A stretch of 64,000 nucleotides of DNA from Octopus vulgaris (GCA_951406725.2 OX597827.1:47058001-47122000); one strand, 5' to 3'. Counted from the first letter of the stretch, positions 27,360-41,470 are shown. A program made the numbers and translations. Notes: generated by a model from the letters alone, not told the origin.

Positions 27360-27596
27360 CATACATACATGTATGTATATATATATATGTGTGTGTGTAT
27401 ATATATATCAATATATATGTATATATATATGGAGAGAGAAGGGAGGGCGGGAGAAAATGAGATAGAGAGAGTGATTAAGTAAGAAAGAGAAAGGGAGAGA
27501 GTGAGAATCTCTAAAATGTGTAGACACACCCACTTTTCGGCTCCTGGATAAGCTCGCAATGAATTATATAAAATTGTTCAAAGAATCCAGCCTAGC

Positions 27597-27855
27597 TATA
27601 AAACTTCCTACCAACTGAACGAAATCCGAGGCTCTGGACGTAACTATTGACTTCGAGACTGACAACTACTCTAGAAAGTCGAACGAGCGAAATGTTTATT
27701 TTTACAGACACTCCAACAACGTCCAGCTGCAATTAGAAACCAAGTCACAGACATCGCAGAATTCCCAGTCGATTGGTGTACAGACAGATCTTCAACAAGG
27801 CTATATCATACTATAGTGAGGCACTAGCGAACAGTGACTTTACTGATTCGTAAGT
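27597..27855 (+). promoter_or_regulatory. Candidate TATA box and non-coding exon with consensus 5' splice site
   Basis: TATAAAA 27597-27603, tttacAG acceptor ending 27707, TC|GTAAGT donor at 27850 in non-repetitive sequence. All three frames of 27708-27849 contain stops. Confidence 0.2.
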
Positions 27856-28189
27856 GTATGCGGGGGATCTCCTACCTCTTCCTCAAATCCGAAGTTTATT
27901 AAAAAGAGAAAGATGATCTGATTTAATCTTCCATTGATTTTTACTGATAATTCGCGCATAGCCTCGAAGTCCTTGCCGCTAATTGCAATGCATTTTCCAA
28001 GAAGTTAAAGCATTCATAAATCATAATTTTTTTATCTTCCATAACGTCAAAATTAGCTACTCATGCTGAAATAATATCACTTTCAACATTACATGCTACA
28101 ACTGAAGCAAACACAAGCAAACACAGACTTCACTGCCGAAATTCTTCCAATTGTCATATGTATGCATGTATGTATGTATGTATGTATGT

Positions 28190-28810
28190 CAGTATTTAAT
28201 ATATTTCAAGATTTCTTGCCAATTGAGAAAGAACCGGTTTCTAACCTAGATCCAAGGCTCCTTCACTGTAATTTCAACAGCATCAACAGGGTATGTTTGT
28301 ATGCATGTATTTATGTACACATGCATGCATGTATGCATGTATGTATGTGTGTATGTATGTATCTGCAAATTTGTATGTTTTATGTATGTACTGTCATGCA
28401 TAGAGTTGCATATCTAGACATGCTCATATATATTTAAATGATAAACTTCTGGAAAGTATTACAGAATTATACAGTTCCGATGATGGTTTGGATCTGTAGT
28501 CTTCGAATTAGTTTGCTTGTTTCTGGTTTCAAGAAGCCTAATTTCTCAAGATTGGTATTTAGGCAATGTGTTACATATCCCAGGGTCACAATAATTACAG
28601 ATATAAATCTGAACTTGTAACCTGGATAGAGTAACTGCAGATTTCTCAATAGTTCAGCATAGGTATTCTCTTTTTCACTGATCTTCAGCTATATGTTAAC
28701 ATCTGCTGGGCAGCTAATTTCCACAGTTGTGCAGTTTCTCTTCTCTATCCTAAATCATTATATCAAGTCTGTTGTGCTTACATTTTATTGAGGTCTTCAC
28801 TAGTATATTC
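28190..28810 (-). mobile_element. 3' fragment of an R4/Dong-like non-LTR retrotransposon (restriction-like endonuclease) with probable 3' UTR
   Basis: Decayed translation KTSIKCKHNRLDIMI...PADVNI..KISEKENTYAELLRNLQLLYPGYKFRFISVIIVTLGYV...LEKLGF...RLQIQTIIGTV, ending at stop ~28434. The UTR block 28195-28300 recurs at 49243-49335. Confidence 0.75.
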
Positions 28811-29330
28811 CTTGTATGTGTGTATGTATGTACGTACGTACGTACGTAACGTATGAATTTATTTTTCGTATGCATGTATACATACATATACAAATCCCTC
28901 TTTCCTCTCTCTCTCACTTTTTCTTTCCCGTTCTCATTCCCTTTCACTTTCTCTTTCTCTCTCTTTTACTCCCCCCCCTCTCACTATATATATATATATA
29001 TGTATATCACCGGAACTGTATAAAAATCTTTGACTCTACAACACTGTGTATAAATTCTGTACTTGGAATGACCAAGTTTAAATACTGCTGGATCTCACTC
29101 ATAAGGTATTAGAATCCTACATTGTATATAAACACTATATTTGGAAGGATCCATTATAAATTCTGTTGAACTTTACTCATAAGGTACTGGAATCTTACAT
29201 ATATACCATTCTGCCTAAAAATGTATCTACAACTTCAATATCTCTACATATCTTACATCTATTTTCTTCCTCCACTTTACTCTCTATTTTGTATCCTATA
29301 TAAAATATTACTTAACCATCCTCTCACACC

Positions 29331-29382
29331 GTCTTCGATGAAGGGATATAATAAATAAATATCCTGAAAACAGCTGTAATAC
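29331..29382 (+). ncRNA. Decayed type I hammerhead in a (TA)n-flanked element (~29007-29452)
   Basis: gtct-tCGATGA-a-gggatat-...-atatcct-GAAAa-cagctg-TA-atac: good stem II, palindromic stem III, core altered. Confidence 0.5.
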
Positions 29383-29938
29383 CTTCTATCTATAAATGTT
29401 CTAATATCTACATAGCCTTGTTTTATTTTTATCTCATTACGCAAAAATTCTTATATATATGTATATATTTATATATATATGCATATATGTATATGTATAT
29501 ATATGTATATGTATACATATACACATACAGACTTGGATTCATTCATACATACATACCGTATATGCTCTCGGATATTTCGCACTTTATTTTTACCAAAAAT
29601 TTCGATAAAAATCTGTGGGGCGACCTATCCAATCGACATCACAGAAATCTGAAGTGTACGGTGCCGTATTAGTAGTTCAGGTGCGTACCCTGAGCTCGAG
29701 CGTAACCTGGGCCTGGGTTATTTTCAGTTTTCAGGTTATTATGGAAACGCATTTGATAATATTTAGCAAATATCAGTTTGTGAAATAAATAATATTTAAG
29801 AAATATTAGTTATATTTACGTTAGAAAGAGCAGTGCAACTTCCCCAGCTTATAGTACAACCTATCTGCGCGGCAATCGCAAATATCTCCTTTGACAACCT
29901 TACACTAAGGGTGCAATCTATCCGCGAGCATATGCGGT

Positions 29939-29995
<57 letters not shown>

Positions 29996-30463
29996 CACAC
30001 ACACACACACTCACACACACATATTCACATACATTTATATACGAACATATATATTTACAAATACATATGGCTTTAGGCTACAAGGCCCAGCACGAGAAGA
30101 CCAAGTGTGGCAAGGCCGAAATCAAATGATTTAAAAATCAGTATGGCTAAAGATTAAAGGAACAAATGCACAGAACAACGAATGATTTTGGGCGCTTATG
30201 GGATTATGATTAACTTGGCTATCTTACGGATGAGCATACAAATACACACACTTATGCAGACAGTTATACATGAGATCAGCCATAATCATTAGAAAACATG
30301 CGACGAATGAATTACGAAACGATGAGGAAAATGTGAAGAGCAAATGGTCATGGAAATAGCTTTCAATTTTCTCGCATGATACTCATTATAGCGGAACAGA
30401 CTGTTGTAACGTGAATAAAATCACCCCAGTTAAACATCTGTACGCTTCCACGCAAAATAACAT

Positions 30464-30650
30464 AGGTTTCAAATTTTGACAGAAAGTCAAAAGTTTGGGG
30501 GAGAGGGTAAGTTGATGTAATCGACCCAAGTGCTCCCCGAAAGGGATGAAAGACCAAGTCGACCTCGGCTGAGTTTGAACGCAAGACATGGAGACGTACG
30601 AAATGACGCGAAGCATTTTGCCCGCCATGTAAACGATTCTACTAGCTCGT
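30464..30650 (-). mobile_element. Diverged MetaSINE-like SINE
   Basis: Minus strand gagctagtagaatcgtttac...gttcaaactcagccgaggtcgacttggtctttcatccctttcgggg. Confidence 0.7.
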
Positions 30651-31303
30651 CTGATTAAAAAAAAATTTGCACAAGCCGTTGATATTTGGTGATGTTGTTG
30701 TTGTTGGTGGTGGTGGTGGTGGCGGGGAGTGTTAGAAGGTTACATCAACCTCAAAAGTTGACTGGTACTTTATTTCATCGACCCTCAAAAGATGAGAGGC
30801 AAAGTCAACCATTGCGAAATTCGAGCTGGAAAAAATTCTGCAAAGCATATTTTCCGACACAGCAAATAACCTGCTTGCTTATCGTCTTAGTAAGGTGATT
30901 CTTACGTAGCTAAAACGCTACCATGTTTAATTAAATTTGCAAAAAAATTCATTAATGCAATTTTTCTTTTAATAAATTTGAAGTCTCACTTTCGTTCCTG
31001 CTTCTTTTTTTTTTCGTGTCTCACCTATTGCAACTTGTGACAAATTGAGCAGGAACAATTCTGGGGTTGCAAAAAATAAATAGTGAATCAAATAAATTCC
31101 CGAAAGTATGTAGTCAATCTCACCTCCATGTTTTAGAGTCTAAATCCTGCAGCTATCGACTTCGCTCTCCATTCTTCCTTCCTGAATCGATAAAATAAAA
31201 TGGCTGTCAAATTATGGCGTCAATTTAAAACGTCTATGCACCTCCTGCCGCAAACCTTTACGGAGTGGAGGTGCGGTGGGTCTTTTCCAAACACGCAAAT
31301 CAT

Positions 31304-31372
<69 letters not shown>

Positions 31373-31383
31373 AACTACTACTA
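31304..31383. repeat. (ACT)n microsatellite
   Basis: Direct reading. Confidence 0.95.
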
Positions 31384-31731
31384 AACCTTGTTGCTTCTTT
31401 TTGTGTTTATTCTTAGAGCGGATGATGCAGTTTCCGAAATAGATATTTTTGCTCAGCAGCCATTGTCTGTGCAGCCTATTGGATGTATATGTAGTTCGTG
31501 TCACGCAAAACCTTACACGCATTGCTCTTAGCGATTTTGATATTTAGATGAGTCGTGACAACATACTTTTCTGTATACTAACAATATACTTATTATGAAT
31601 CCCTGCTGCGTCATGTACATTTATTTACCTACACGCAGGTTTACATACATGTATATGTCAATAACTGCATGTGGAACTGTAAATATATGGGCATATATAT
31701 ATATATGTGTATACATATATATATATGTGTG

Positions 31732-31806
<75 letters not shown>

Positions 31807-32180
31807 CATCTGTATGTAAGGCTCTATGTATGTACACGCATATATACATTCTTTAGTCATATATGCGTTTTTTTTAAAGATGTGTATGTTTGTAATTATT
31901 TGTATAAAATTGTCTAGGTATGTGTGTATGCGTGATCCATATATCTATATACGCATATAGCTATGCGCTTATATACGTATGGATGTATGATGAAAAAAAG
32001 TAATTTTTTTCTGTATAAATGAATACTGATATATCTAGATTCTACGACTTCGTATTTACAAATATATTAGTAGGTGTCTAATAACAGAAGGACGCGTGTT
32101 TCTTTATGTGTTTAAACCTATGAATACATATATATGCTCTCACGTATATCTTTATCTGTATCAGAGTATCTATTTATCCG

Positions 32181-32224
<44 letters not shown>

Positions 32225-32365
32225 CCTATCTATCTATCTATAAGAATTTATATGTATTCACAGGGATCATACATCTATCACGAATAGAACATTTGTATGT
32301 ATGTATGTATATATGTATATATCTGTTTGTCTATATATCTATCAATCTATCTATATATCTATCTA

Positions 32366-32400
<35 letters not shown>

Positions 32401-32558
32401 ATATATATATATATATATATGCGTGTGTGTGAGTGTGTGTGTATGCATACATCCAAACACGCATACATATAGGTAGATATATACTACATGTATATATGTA
32501 TCTGTATATGCATATATATATACATACATACTTATATTTATATATATACTTGCATGTA

Positions 32559-32607
<49 letters not shown>

Positions 32608-32887
32608 GTATACATATATATGTATATATATGTAAGTATATATATATGTATAGATATATGTGTATGTATGTATATGTACATATATATATATGTATATATA
32701 CACACCCACACTCACACATACACGCACTCACACATATATGTATGCATTTTACTTATTCTCTATAACTGTGTACGTTTATGCGCCTATAACGTAGATACGT
32801 GAAGACAGTAATCTGCTGATTTACGTATTTTTAGAATTATGTCGTGACAAGTTCTGTTTTTCTGAAGGCACACGTATACAGACTCAC

Positions 32888-32934
<47 letters not shown>

Positions 32935-33058
32935 TATACCCACATTTGTATATACATATACACATACATACACTTTTATCTCTAACGTATGATCGTCTCT
33001 CTTTCTATCTCTCCTTCTTCCCATCTCTATTTCTACATTTAACCATGTTTTCATTATA

Positions 33059-33126
<68 letters not shown>

Positions 33127-33891
33127 CATACACACACGCACACACATGCACACACACATATATATATACATACACAAACATATATATATACATACATATA
33201 CATATTCATACATACATATGCTCTATTCGTGACAGATGCATGATCCCTGTGAATACTTATGAATTCTTATAAAAATGTTTTTGAGAAGGTGTATATACAA
33301 ATTTGCATACATTTATTTGTATTAATATCAATATTTACATTTATATCTATATATGTTGATATCTCTGCAAGTGTCGCTAGCTTTTCCTGTATCTGCTGAT
33401 AAATAAAAATGAAACGGCTGAGTTCACTATGTAATGTTTTGATGTCTGACGATGTTTTGATACGAATTTTATGTTTTTGTAAGTAAAAATCTATGGAAGT
33501 CTATCTTTTTGCATGTGAAGCTCATAGCTGTTGAAGATCTTTGCCTTAGAACTGTAAATAAAAGTTTATTTATCTGGTTGTTTCCTGCATACAGAGAAAA
33601 ATAAAGGGATTGCCTATATTACAACTTTAAAATAAGTTTAACAACTTTACAATTTATTGGAATAAACGTTGTTCTGTACATGCACATATATTAACACTCT
33701 AATCACGGCCAAGATATAAAAATTACTTAACGCAGATGCTATGAAACCCACGGTAAGTGAAGTAGTCTAGACATGTAAACTTGTTACGTTTGATTTATGT
33801 CAAGGTATAATATAAGCAGTTTTCTTCAGTTGAAGAATAATGAATAGCCAACGTACTCTAAATGATGGGATGTGTGTGTGTGTGTGTGTGC

Positions 33892-33936
<45 letters not shown>

Positions 33937-33938
<2 letters not shown>

Positions 33939-34057
33939 AGTTCAGCAAAATTTAGATTCAGAGGAATATGGTAGTTAAAGGCACCAGAATTTTGTATGGT
34001 ATTGTCCATATAAATCAAATGGGGTGATTATAATCAAAATAACCAACAAGGATATCC

Positions 34058-34062
<5 letters not shown>
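33937..34062 (-). mobile_element. Short copy of the 55133 element, truncated just 3' of the hammerhead cleavage site
   Basis: Closely matches 55133-55267 and ends ...ggatatccaaggta then (TA)n. Flanked by (TA)n on both sides. Confidence 0.8.
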
Positions 34063-34093
<31 letters not shown>

Positions 34094-34095
<2 letters not shown>

Positions 34096-34300
34096 AGGTT
34101 GGTCAAAAATCACCCGACAGTAAATCAGAATTCCATAAATACTTAATAGTCAATTTTATTTATTTATTCCAATTATGGATGTTTAATATTTGAATGTTGT
34201 AAGTTTTGTTTTAAAAACATTAGTCTATTTAATAGCGAAGTTTGGAATCTTGGAATTAAATGGTTTCGATTTACTGTCAGTTGACTTTTGGCCAGCCCTG
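34094..34300. mobile_element. Tc1/mariner-type MITE
   Basis: TA-flanked imperfect ~33-bp TIRs: caaggttggtcaaaaatcacccgacagtaaatc / gatttactgtcagttgacttttggccagccctg. Confidence 0.8.
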
Positions 34301-34301
34301 T

Positions 34302-34464
<163 letters not shown>

Positions 34465-34650
34465 TATATAAAATCCGTTCTGTCTATCTGTTTGTGTGTG
34501 TGGCTTCTAGGATTTCGGACATCCGCCATCCGATTGCGCTCAAATTTGATATGTAGATACCGACGGTATCAGGGCGTGTATAAGTCTTGAAAAAATTACA
34601 AAAATCGATTCCAGGTGAGAATGCGATCGAGAAAGCCGCGGGAAATAGTT
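34465..34650 (+). mobile_element. Possible 5' part of a non-autonomous Helitron-like element
   Basis: tatataaaatccgttctgtctatctgtttgtgtgtg...ccgattgcgctcaaattt resembles Helitron-type 5' ends. No 3' hairpin/CTAG found. Confidence 0.3.
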
Positions 34651-35325
34651 TTTCTTTGGAATAGAGAAAAAAGTCTATCTTTATTTCTTCTTTTGCTGGT
34701 GTCTCAAATTTAGGTTAAATCAGTGTTTCTCAAAGGCGAGGCCCATAGGACGGTCGGACAAGTTGTTTTGAGAAAATTTGGTTTAAATGTTCGACAACTC
34801 AGCACTGTCCATCAGACAGGGGGCGTTTTGCTCGTATAAATATATAATTATGGGATGACCTAGATAAGATGAAGATGATATATATATATATATATATGTA
34901 TATGTATGTCTGTATATTGTTGTATCTTGGGATGGTAATTTTTTTTGTTGCTAAATAAACACACGCACTATTTCTTCATTCTTCACTCTTTTACTGCTGT
35001 TCTTATTTTAACTCAAGTCTGGACATCTTTCATCACACATCTGTCACCGCTTCAGCGACGCTTTCCTTCCTCGTGTGTGCTCCGGCTTCGCTTAATCCAT
35101 TCTGTTCTTGTATGTATGTATGTATTATGTTCTTGTATGTATGTGTGCGTATATATAAACATACGTATATGCGTTGATAAACGTTCACAAATGTGCGTTT
35201 TGTGAGATTTCTGTGCGTGTGTGCATGTATAAAAAAAGCAAGTTGGTAGGAGTGCGGACGAAAAGTGTACCAAATTACTGAGAATAACAGATGAACATAC
35301 ACATAGATCTTTATGCGCACGCGGA

Positions 35326-35393
<68 letters not shown>

Positions 35394-36672
35394 TACTTAC
35401 ACACTCACACACACACACACACAGACGCAGGCACATTCACACATAAATCATTGGATCATTGGATGTCTGTAAAATATTATTAAACTGATCGATCAAACGA
35501 CCTTTCCACCTTGGAATTAATGTGTTAGTTGCTCGGAGTTTCGCGGAGATGTGTAAGTTTAACGCAGTTATCATTCACCACCAGCGTAAGAAATTTCGTG
35601 TGACTAGGTTTGAACTTCGACTTACAGAAACAACACATTGGACAGGCTTCGAAACACACGACATTATGATCGTGAGTCAAACAGCCAAACAGCCTAACCA
35701 CGACGTCACACGCCTCCACCTCTTCAGTGTATACTTCTAAAAAAAAAAAATAATAATAAAAAGGAAGCAAAGAAGAGAATTATAAATATCGATTACATTT
35801 CTTGACTGAACGCTTCACTTTTGCCTTTTGATCAGATAAAATTCTAACCTTACCATCTGAATTCTTATTATATCATCTATCTTAATGGAAATCGCCGTCT
35901 CAACTAAAACTCTTTTAACCATTGTGCTTTCAAAAGAATATTTTATAGTTTTAACTCTTTTATGTATGTGGCAAAAAAAAAAAAAATCATTTCGGACAAC
36001 AAGAAGAGTTGTTACTGCATTGGATTAAATGCCATGTACTACATATTCTGATTTTCTGAGTTTTCATTTCTAATCCAAACGAGGTCAATTTTGCCGTTCG
36101 TTGTTTTGGATTCAATAAAATAAAGAGTACAAATCAAACGCAGTGGCTTGGGCGAAACTGCAAAAATGTTTGAACAAATGTCTTGCGGTATTTGTTCCGG
36201 TACTCAGTGATCTGAGTTCAAATTCCGCCACGGCCTACTTAAACGATGGTCTTAAGCTGTGGTTGTTTCCCACACAACTTCCTGGCGTGACGAGTGTCTT
36301 TTTTGCGAACTCTACTTTTGTTTTGCAAGGATTTTGGTAGGGTCTCCTGTTTGAAGATATCTTCCTCCGTTCCTCAAAGGCCTCGTGACAACGCTATAGT
36401 CACAGCCTTGTCTCTAAGCCCAAACTATTTAAAAAAAATAGCTGGCATAAATGAGTGGTAACTTGGGCAGGTATCTTCTACTCTAGCCCCAGTCGATCAC
36501 AACACTGTAAGTAGATTCGATGGGAAAAAATAGAGAGAAAGTCGATTATGTGTGTGCGCGAGATATGCGCATGTGTCTGAATGTATACGTTCGTTGTGTT
36601 TGTGTTTATCCCCCAATATCACTCGACAATCGGTATAGTTTCTATCTACATCACCGTAATTAGCAGCTCGTA

Positions 36673-36738
<66 letters not shown>

Positions 36739-38273
36739 TGTATTATTAAAAATGTTTAAAATATTTTTATATAGCAAAAATTAAGGAGGGCCAACTTTAA
36801 ACACAAGATAGAAGTTATGTAACCATATGTCAGTCAGTTTCGTAAAATATGGACGTTAGAGCTGTTATATTCATTAAAATGATTTCATCTTTTTTTATTA
36901 AAACTACCTTACCTTAAGTGTAGACGCTACATGCCGTTGTCCGCCTACCTTACTAGAATGACAGCCAACTCATCTTTAATCCTCATGGAGTAAACAATTT
37001 AAAATACACATGATCATCTTTACGCAAGATCGGCAGCTCAGTAAAGAAGATAAAATCAAGATTTGACCGGGCTTATTTCCTCTGATGATGAAGAACAGTT
37101 TATGAAACAGTAATTCCATTAGGTTTTACATTTAAAGCCGAAATCGTACAAATCCTCTGATTTTGATTATTATGCAGGATTGAGATACTGGACACTCTTG
37201 ATCGACACGGAATGTTGAACCTACGTATTTGAGTGCAAGTGATTCAGACGGCCACTAGGCACATGATATGGATCTATATCAGGCAGCAAATCACCCAGAA
37301 AATGGCAGCTAAGAACTGCACACTGGTGCATGAAACGTCGAAAAGTCCTTTGGTACGGATATGCATCTTGATAAAACTGTTTTTCCAAGACCCATTCTTT
37401 AGGCTTGTGGTGAAAAGAGTGAAATAGCAGCAGATAAAAATTATTAAGGGATTGAATATATCGGGACGAGACAGTCTCAAAAACGTGGCCCTTCTGAATA
37501 AAACGAAGGACAGAGATCAGTAACAATCGTTGACGCTACAGTACCCTTCGGGAATAACAGCCTACATAAGGAATAATTGCATCAGTCACGAGAAATAGGA
37601 GATGATGTTGATAATGACGATGGCCGTAGATTTCCTTGTATCATTGAAAACTATTTTTTTTTATATGTTTGAGAATCAATATTTTCTTTTTCTCCTGTTT
37701 TTACGCTGATTCTTCACTCATCTAAAATTAGTGAATCGTTATACAAACTGAGAAATTCTTCGACAGCCAGTCAGTCGATCACCAGTTCGGTTGACGATGA
37801 CTGTTTCAAGATTCTAAGAAGAAAGGAAAAATAAATCTAAAAGAAAAACACACACACAAAAAAGAACCCACAAAAACTAAACCAAAAACGATTTATCGTT
37901 GAAATGTTTCCTTGTCAGATAAATTGGATTTGATTATGACAAGTTACCACGTCCATTTTAGAAAAAAAAAGTCACAATAAACAAAAAGTGAACCAAAAAA
38001 CAAAACAAAAACAAATCAAAGAACAACAGAAAAGCAAAGCAGAAATATGAAAAAAGAATACGCTGAGATCTCATTAGTCTAATTAAATACTACTTCAAAT
38101 AGCGGTCAAAGTTTATTTTATTTTTGACATTTCAACGTGCTAAACGCCCACTGATACATACATACATACATACATACATACATACATACATACATACATA
38201 CATACATACGTACGTACGTACGTACATACATACATACATACATACATACAAACATACATACATACTTACATAC

Positions 38274-38334
<61 letters not shown>

Positions 38335-38335
<1 letters not shown>

Positions 38336-38651
38336 CAACAATTGAGGGTAAAATTAATTAATTATTAATCAATTTCACCAAGTATTCAGTATGTAAGGGA
38401 CCATTTAAGGCGAATTCAAAATATTACATTATATAAAAGGGCTTAGTAAAATAAATTACTTTGCCACATACTGAACTCATTAGAAATAGCAGCTAAAAAA
38501 TTTTTTTCTAGCCATTTCTAATACTTAAAGAAAATCTCTCTCAGATAGTGAGAGAGATTTTCTTTAAGTATTAGAAATGGCTACAAAATTTTTTTTAGCT
38601 GCTATTTCTAATGAGTTCAGTATGTGGCAAAGTAATTTATTTTACTAAGCC

Positions 38652-38655
<4 letters not shown>
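38335..38655. mobile_element. (TA)n-embedded fold-back derivative of the PLE terminus at 767-972
   Basis: Block A (38335-38430) followed by a near-perfect ~108-bp-arm hairpin 38436-38655, loop ~38543-38548. Confidence 0.8.
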
Positions 38656-38731
<76 letters not shown>

Positions 38732-38744
38732 ACATATGTATATG

Positions 38745-38773
<29 letters not shown>

Positions 38774-38775
<2 letters not shown>

Positions 38776-39468
38776 TTAGCAATTAAGGACAACTACTTAA
38801 TAAGGAAAACTTAACAAGAAATTGTCAGGTAGATAGCGTGAAAACCTCATAAGAGAATAAATTTCGAAAATAATTATTTCTTATTGAACATATTAATTTA
38901 TATATAGAGGGCATTATACATACATGCCAGCGGGCATTATACATACATGCCACACGCTAAGAGGGACAATTAGTCATTTCTACCAAAAATATTACTAATC
39001 CCACCGAGTGCAATTTTTCAAAGTAAGACATTTAAAAATATAGACCTGTATCACAGTGATTTCATACTTACGTACTCATCAGCAGGCCTGAATGTATCAT
39101 ACATAAACAAACGACCCTGCCCCGCTTAAGTCGATCAGCTAACTGATCAACATCAACGAAGCACATGAGTGAGTTTACATATATTACATCCTGTAAATGG
39201 CATACTTTTACGAATTGCATTTCGGGAGAGGAAAAGTTTTTTCGGAATAAAAATTTAGCAATTAAGGACAACTACTTAATAAGGAAAACTTAACAAGAAA
39301 TTGTCAGGTAGATAGCGTGAAAACCTCATAAGAGAATAAATTTCGAAAATAATTATTTCTTATTAAGTAGTTGTCCTTAATTGCTAAATGACTAATTGTC
39401 CCTCTTAGCGTGTGGCATGTATGTATAATGCCCGCTGGCATGTATGTATAATGCCCTCTATATATAAA

Positions 39469-39474
<6 letters not shown>
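38774..39474 (-). mobile_element. (TA)n-embedded non-coding PLE-type element: direct terminal repeat plus inverted tail, with hammerhead
   Basis: 38774-38885 is repeated at 39253-39364 (period 479). 39358-39474 are reverse complements of 38774-38805 and 38890-38978. HHR at 39042-39089. Confidence 0.85.
39042..39089 (-). ncRNA. Compact type I hammerhead ribozyme
   Basis: Minus strand: aggcctg-CTGATGA-gtac-gtaa-gtat-GAAA-tcac-t-gtga-TA-caggtct. 7-bp stem I, GNRA-capped stem II, quasi-palindromic stem III, AUA triplet. Confidence 0.88.
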
Positions 39475-39518
<44 letters not shown>

Positions 39519-40002
39519 ACACAAAAGGAAGAGAAAATGGAATTTACGAGATTCTTTATTGATCACTAAGATCGTTTCGATCCGTCTTGCATCGGTCTCT
39601 CTCAGCTGAGATTCTGATCAACTGCATACGTCGGTGCAAATGTGTCTCGTTACGGGATTTCTCAAAAGTGTCATCGCCGTGGAAACTCGGTTTCGCTTCG
39701 TTCGATCATAATGCATTAAGTTATTTGCCTGTAATCGGTTGCATAAGGGATCTCGTGGGTTGGAATGAAAGTGTATGGATATATTTTATATTTTATATAA
39801 ATAATGACCCTACGTATAGTTGATCATAAATAAAACAGCAATAAATAAGAAGGTTATTTTGATAAGTATACAATGAGTTAGTAGCGTTGTTGCTTTGACA
39901 AATTTACAGTCAATCTAAAACAATCACACAGGAAACGAACGAACACACACACACCCACACGCACACATGCACACATGTACACAAGTGTATATGTATGAAT
40001 GT

Positions 40003-40310
40003 GTGGAGGCACATGGCCTAGTGGTTAGAGCAGCGGACTCGCAGTCGAGGGATCGCGGGTTCGAATTTCAGACCGGGCGATGTGTGTGTTTATGAGCGAA
40101 ACACCTAAGCTCCACGCGGCGCCATCAGAAGGTATTGGCGAACTTCTGCTGACTCTTTCACCACAACTTTCTCTCATTCTTTCCTCCTGCATCTTGCAGC
40201 TCACCTGCGACGGACTGGTGTCCCGTCCAGGTGGGGAACCTATACGCCAAGAAAGCCGGGAAACCGGCCCTTATGAGCCAGGCGTGGCTCGAGAAGGAAC
40301 AAACAAACAA
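40003..40310 (+). mobile_element. tRNA-derived SINE with V-SINE-like domain
   Basis: ggaggcacatggcctagtggttagagc (A box), gggttcgaatttc (B box), cctgcgacggactggtgtcccgtccagg, (AAAC)n tail. Confidence 0.85.
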
Positions 40311-41253
40311 TATGTATGAATGTATGTATATGTGCATGTGTATGAATGGAAGGTTGTGTGGGGAAAGAATAGAAGGTGAAAGCAAGTATTTTTATGCAAG
40401 CTTTACCAGAACCGAGTTGTCTCTAAGTGTCGCCACTTATTTGCTTATCTCTCTGTCTGTTTGTCTATCTCTCTATAGTTTATCATATTTCTTTACTGAT
40501 TTTTATTCCCTCGTTTCTCGTTTTACTTTGACTGTTCGTTTAACATGCGTCAAACAATGAAGAATAGCTAAGCGAAAACGAAGAGAAGGGAAATAGGAAG
40601 ACAAATATATATATAGAATATAGATATGAGCATCTTTTTCAAAGACATATTAAGTAGAAAAAAGAATTGTTGGATGTGGCATTGAATACCAAAATAAAGA
40701 AGAATCAGCAATTCTCCAAAGGAACACAATGCGAGAGACGGACGATATATGTCAACTAGAAAGAACATTAGATACTATATAATTCCAACTGTCACGGACC
40801 GGTTAAGCATTCCTGTTTTAGTGTTAAGATGAATGAGGTCAGAATTGCACTGCCGTAGCGTCAGCGAGATAGCTATTAGAATATTCCTCCTTATAAGCAG
40901 ACACATCCGAACAGATACATATTCTGACAAACAGGGACACACACACACACTCACAGAAATACATACACACACAGAGTCTCACGCACTCTATCTCTGTCTC
41001 TAACACACATATAGACGTGCCTATATATATATATATATATATATACGCACGAACATGAACACATGTGTATACACACAGATGTATATATATTTGTATATGC
41101 ATGTATATGTATATATATATGTGTGTGTGTGTTTGTGTGTATACATACATGGATACATACATACATACATATATATATACATATATATATATTGTGAAAC
41201 ATAAAAAGCGAAGGAAAAACACAAGAAACAACAACGTGAGGACGTGGAAATTG

Positions 41254-41296
<43 letters not shown>

Positions 41297-41299
41297 TTA

Positions 41300-41341
<42 letters not shown>

Positions 41342-41354
41342 TATATTTACATAC

Positions 41355-41387
<33 letters not shown>

Positions 41388-41470
41388 CAACTAATGAAAA
41401 GGTTGGCTTTTATTAGCAATTGAAGCCTAAAGGCAAAATTGATACTGGTATACACACATAGAGCACATAT

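Noticed and set aside
37079-37123. cct-CTGATGA...GAAA-cag...agg motif
   Set aside because: Stem II and stem III pairing not supported; possibly a decayed copy.
37221-37526. Overlapping 64-101 aa ORFs in unique sequence
   Set aside because: No recognisable motifs or splice support.
39553-39675. Minus-strand ggatc-GAAA-cgatct-TA-gtg hammerhead-like relic
   Set aside because: The 5' core is unrecognisable (ttttgaga); too decayed to call.
40003-40078. tRNA gene
   Set aside because: The tRNA-like A/B boxes continue into a SINE body found in several copies; it is a SINE head.
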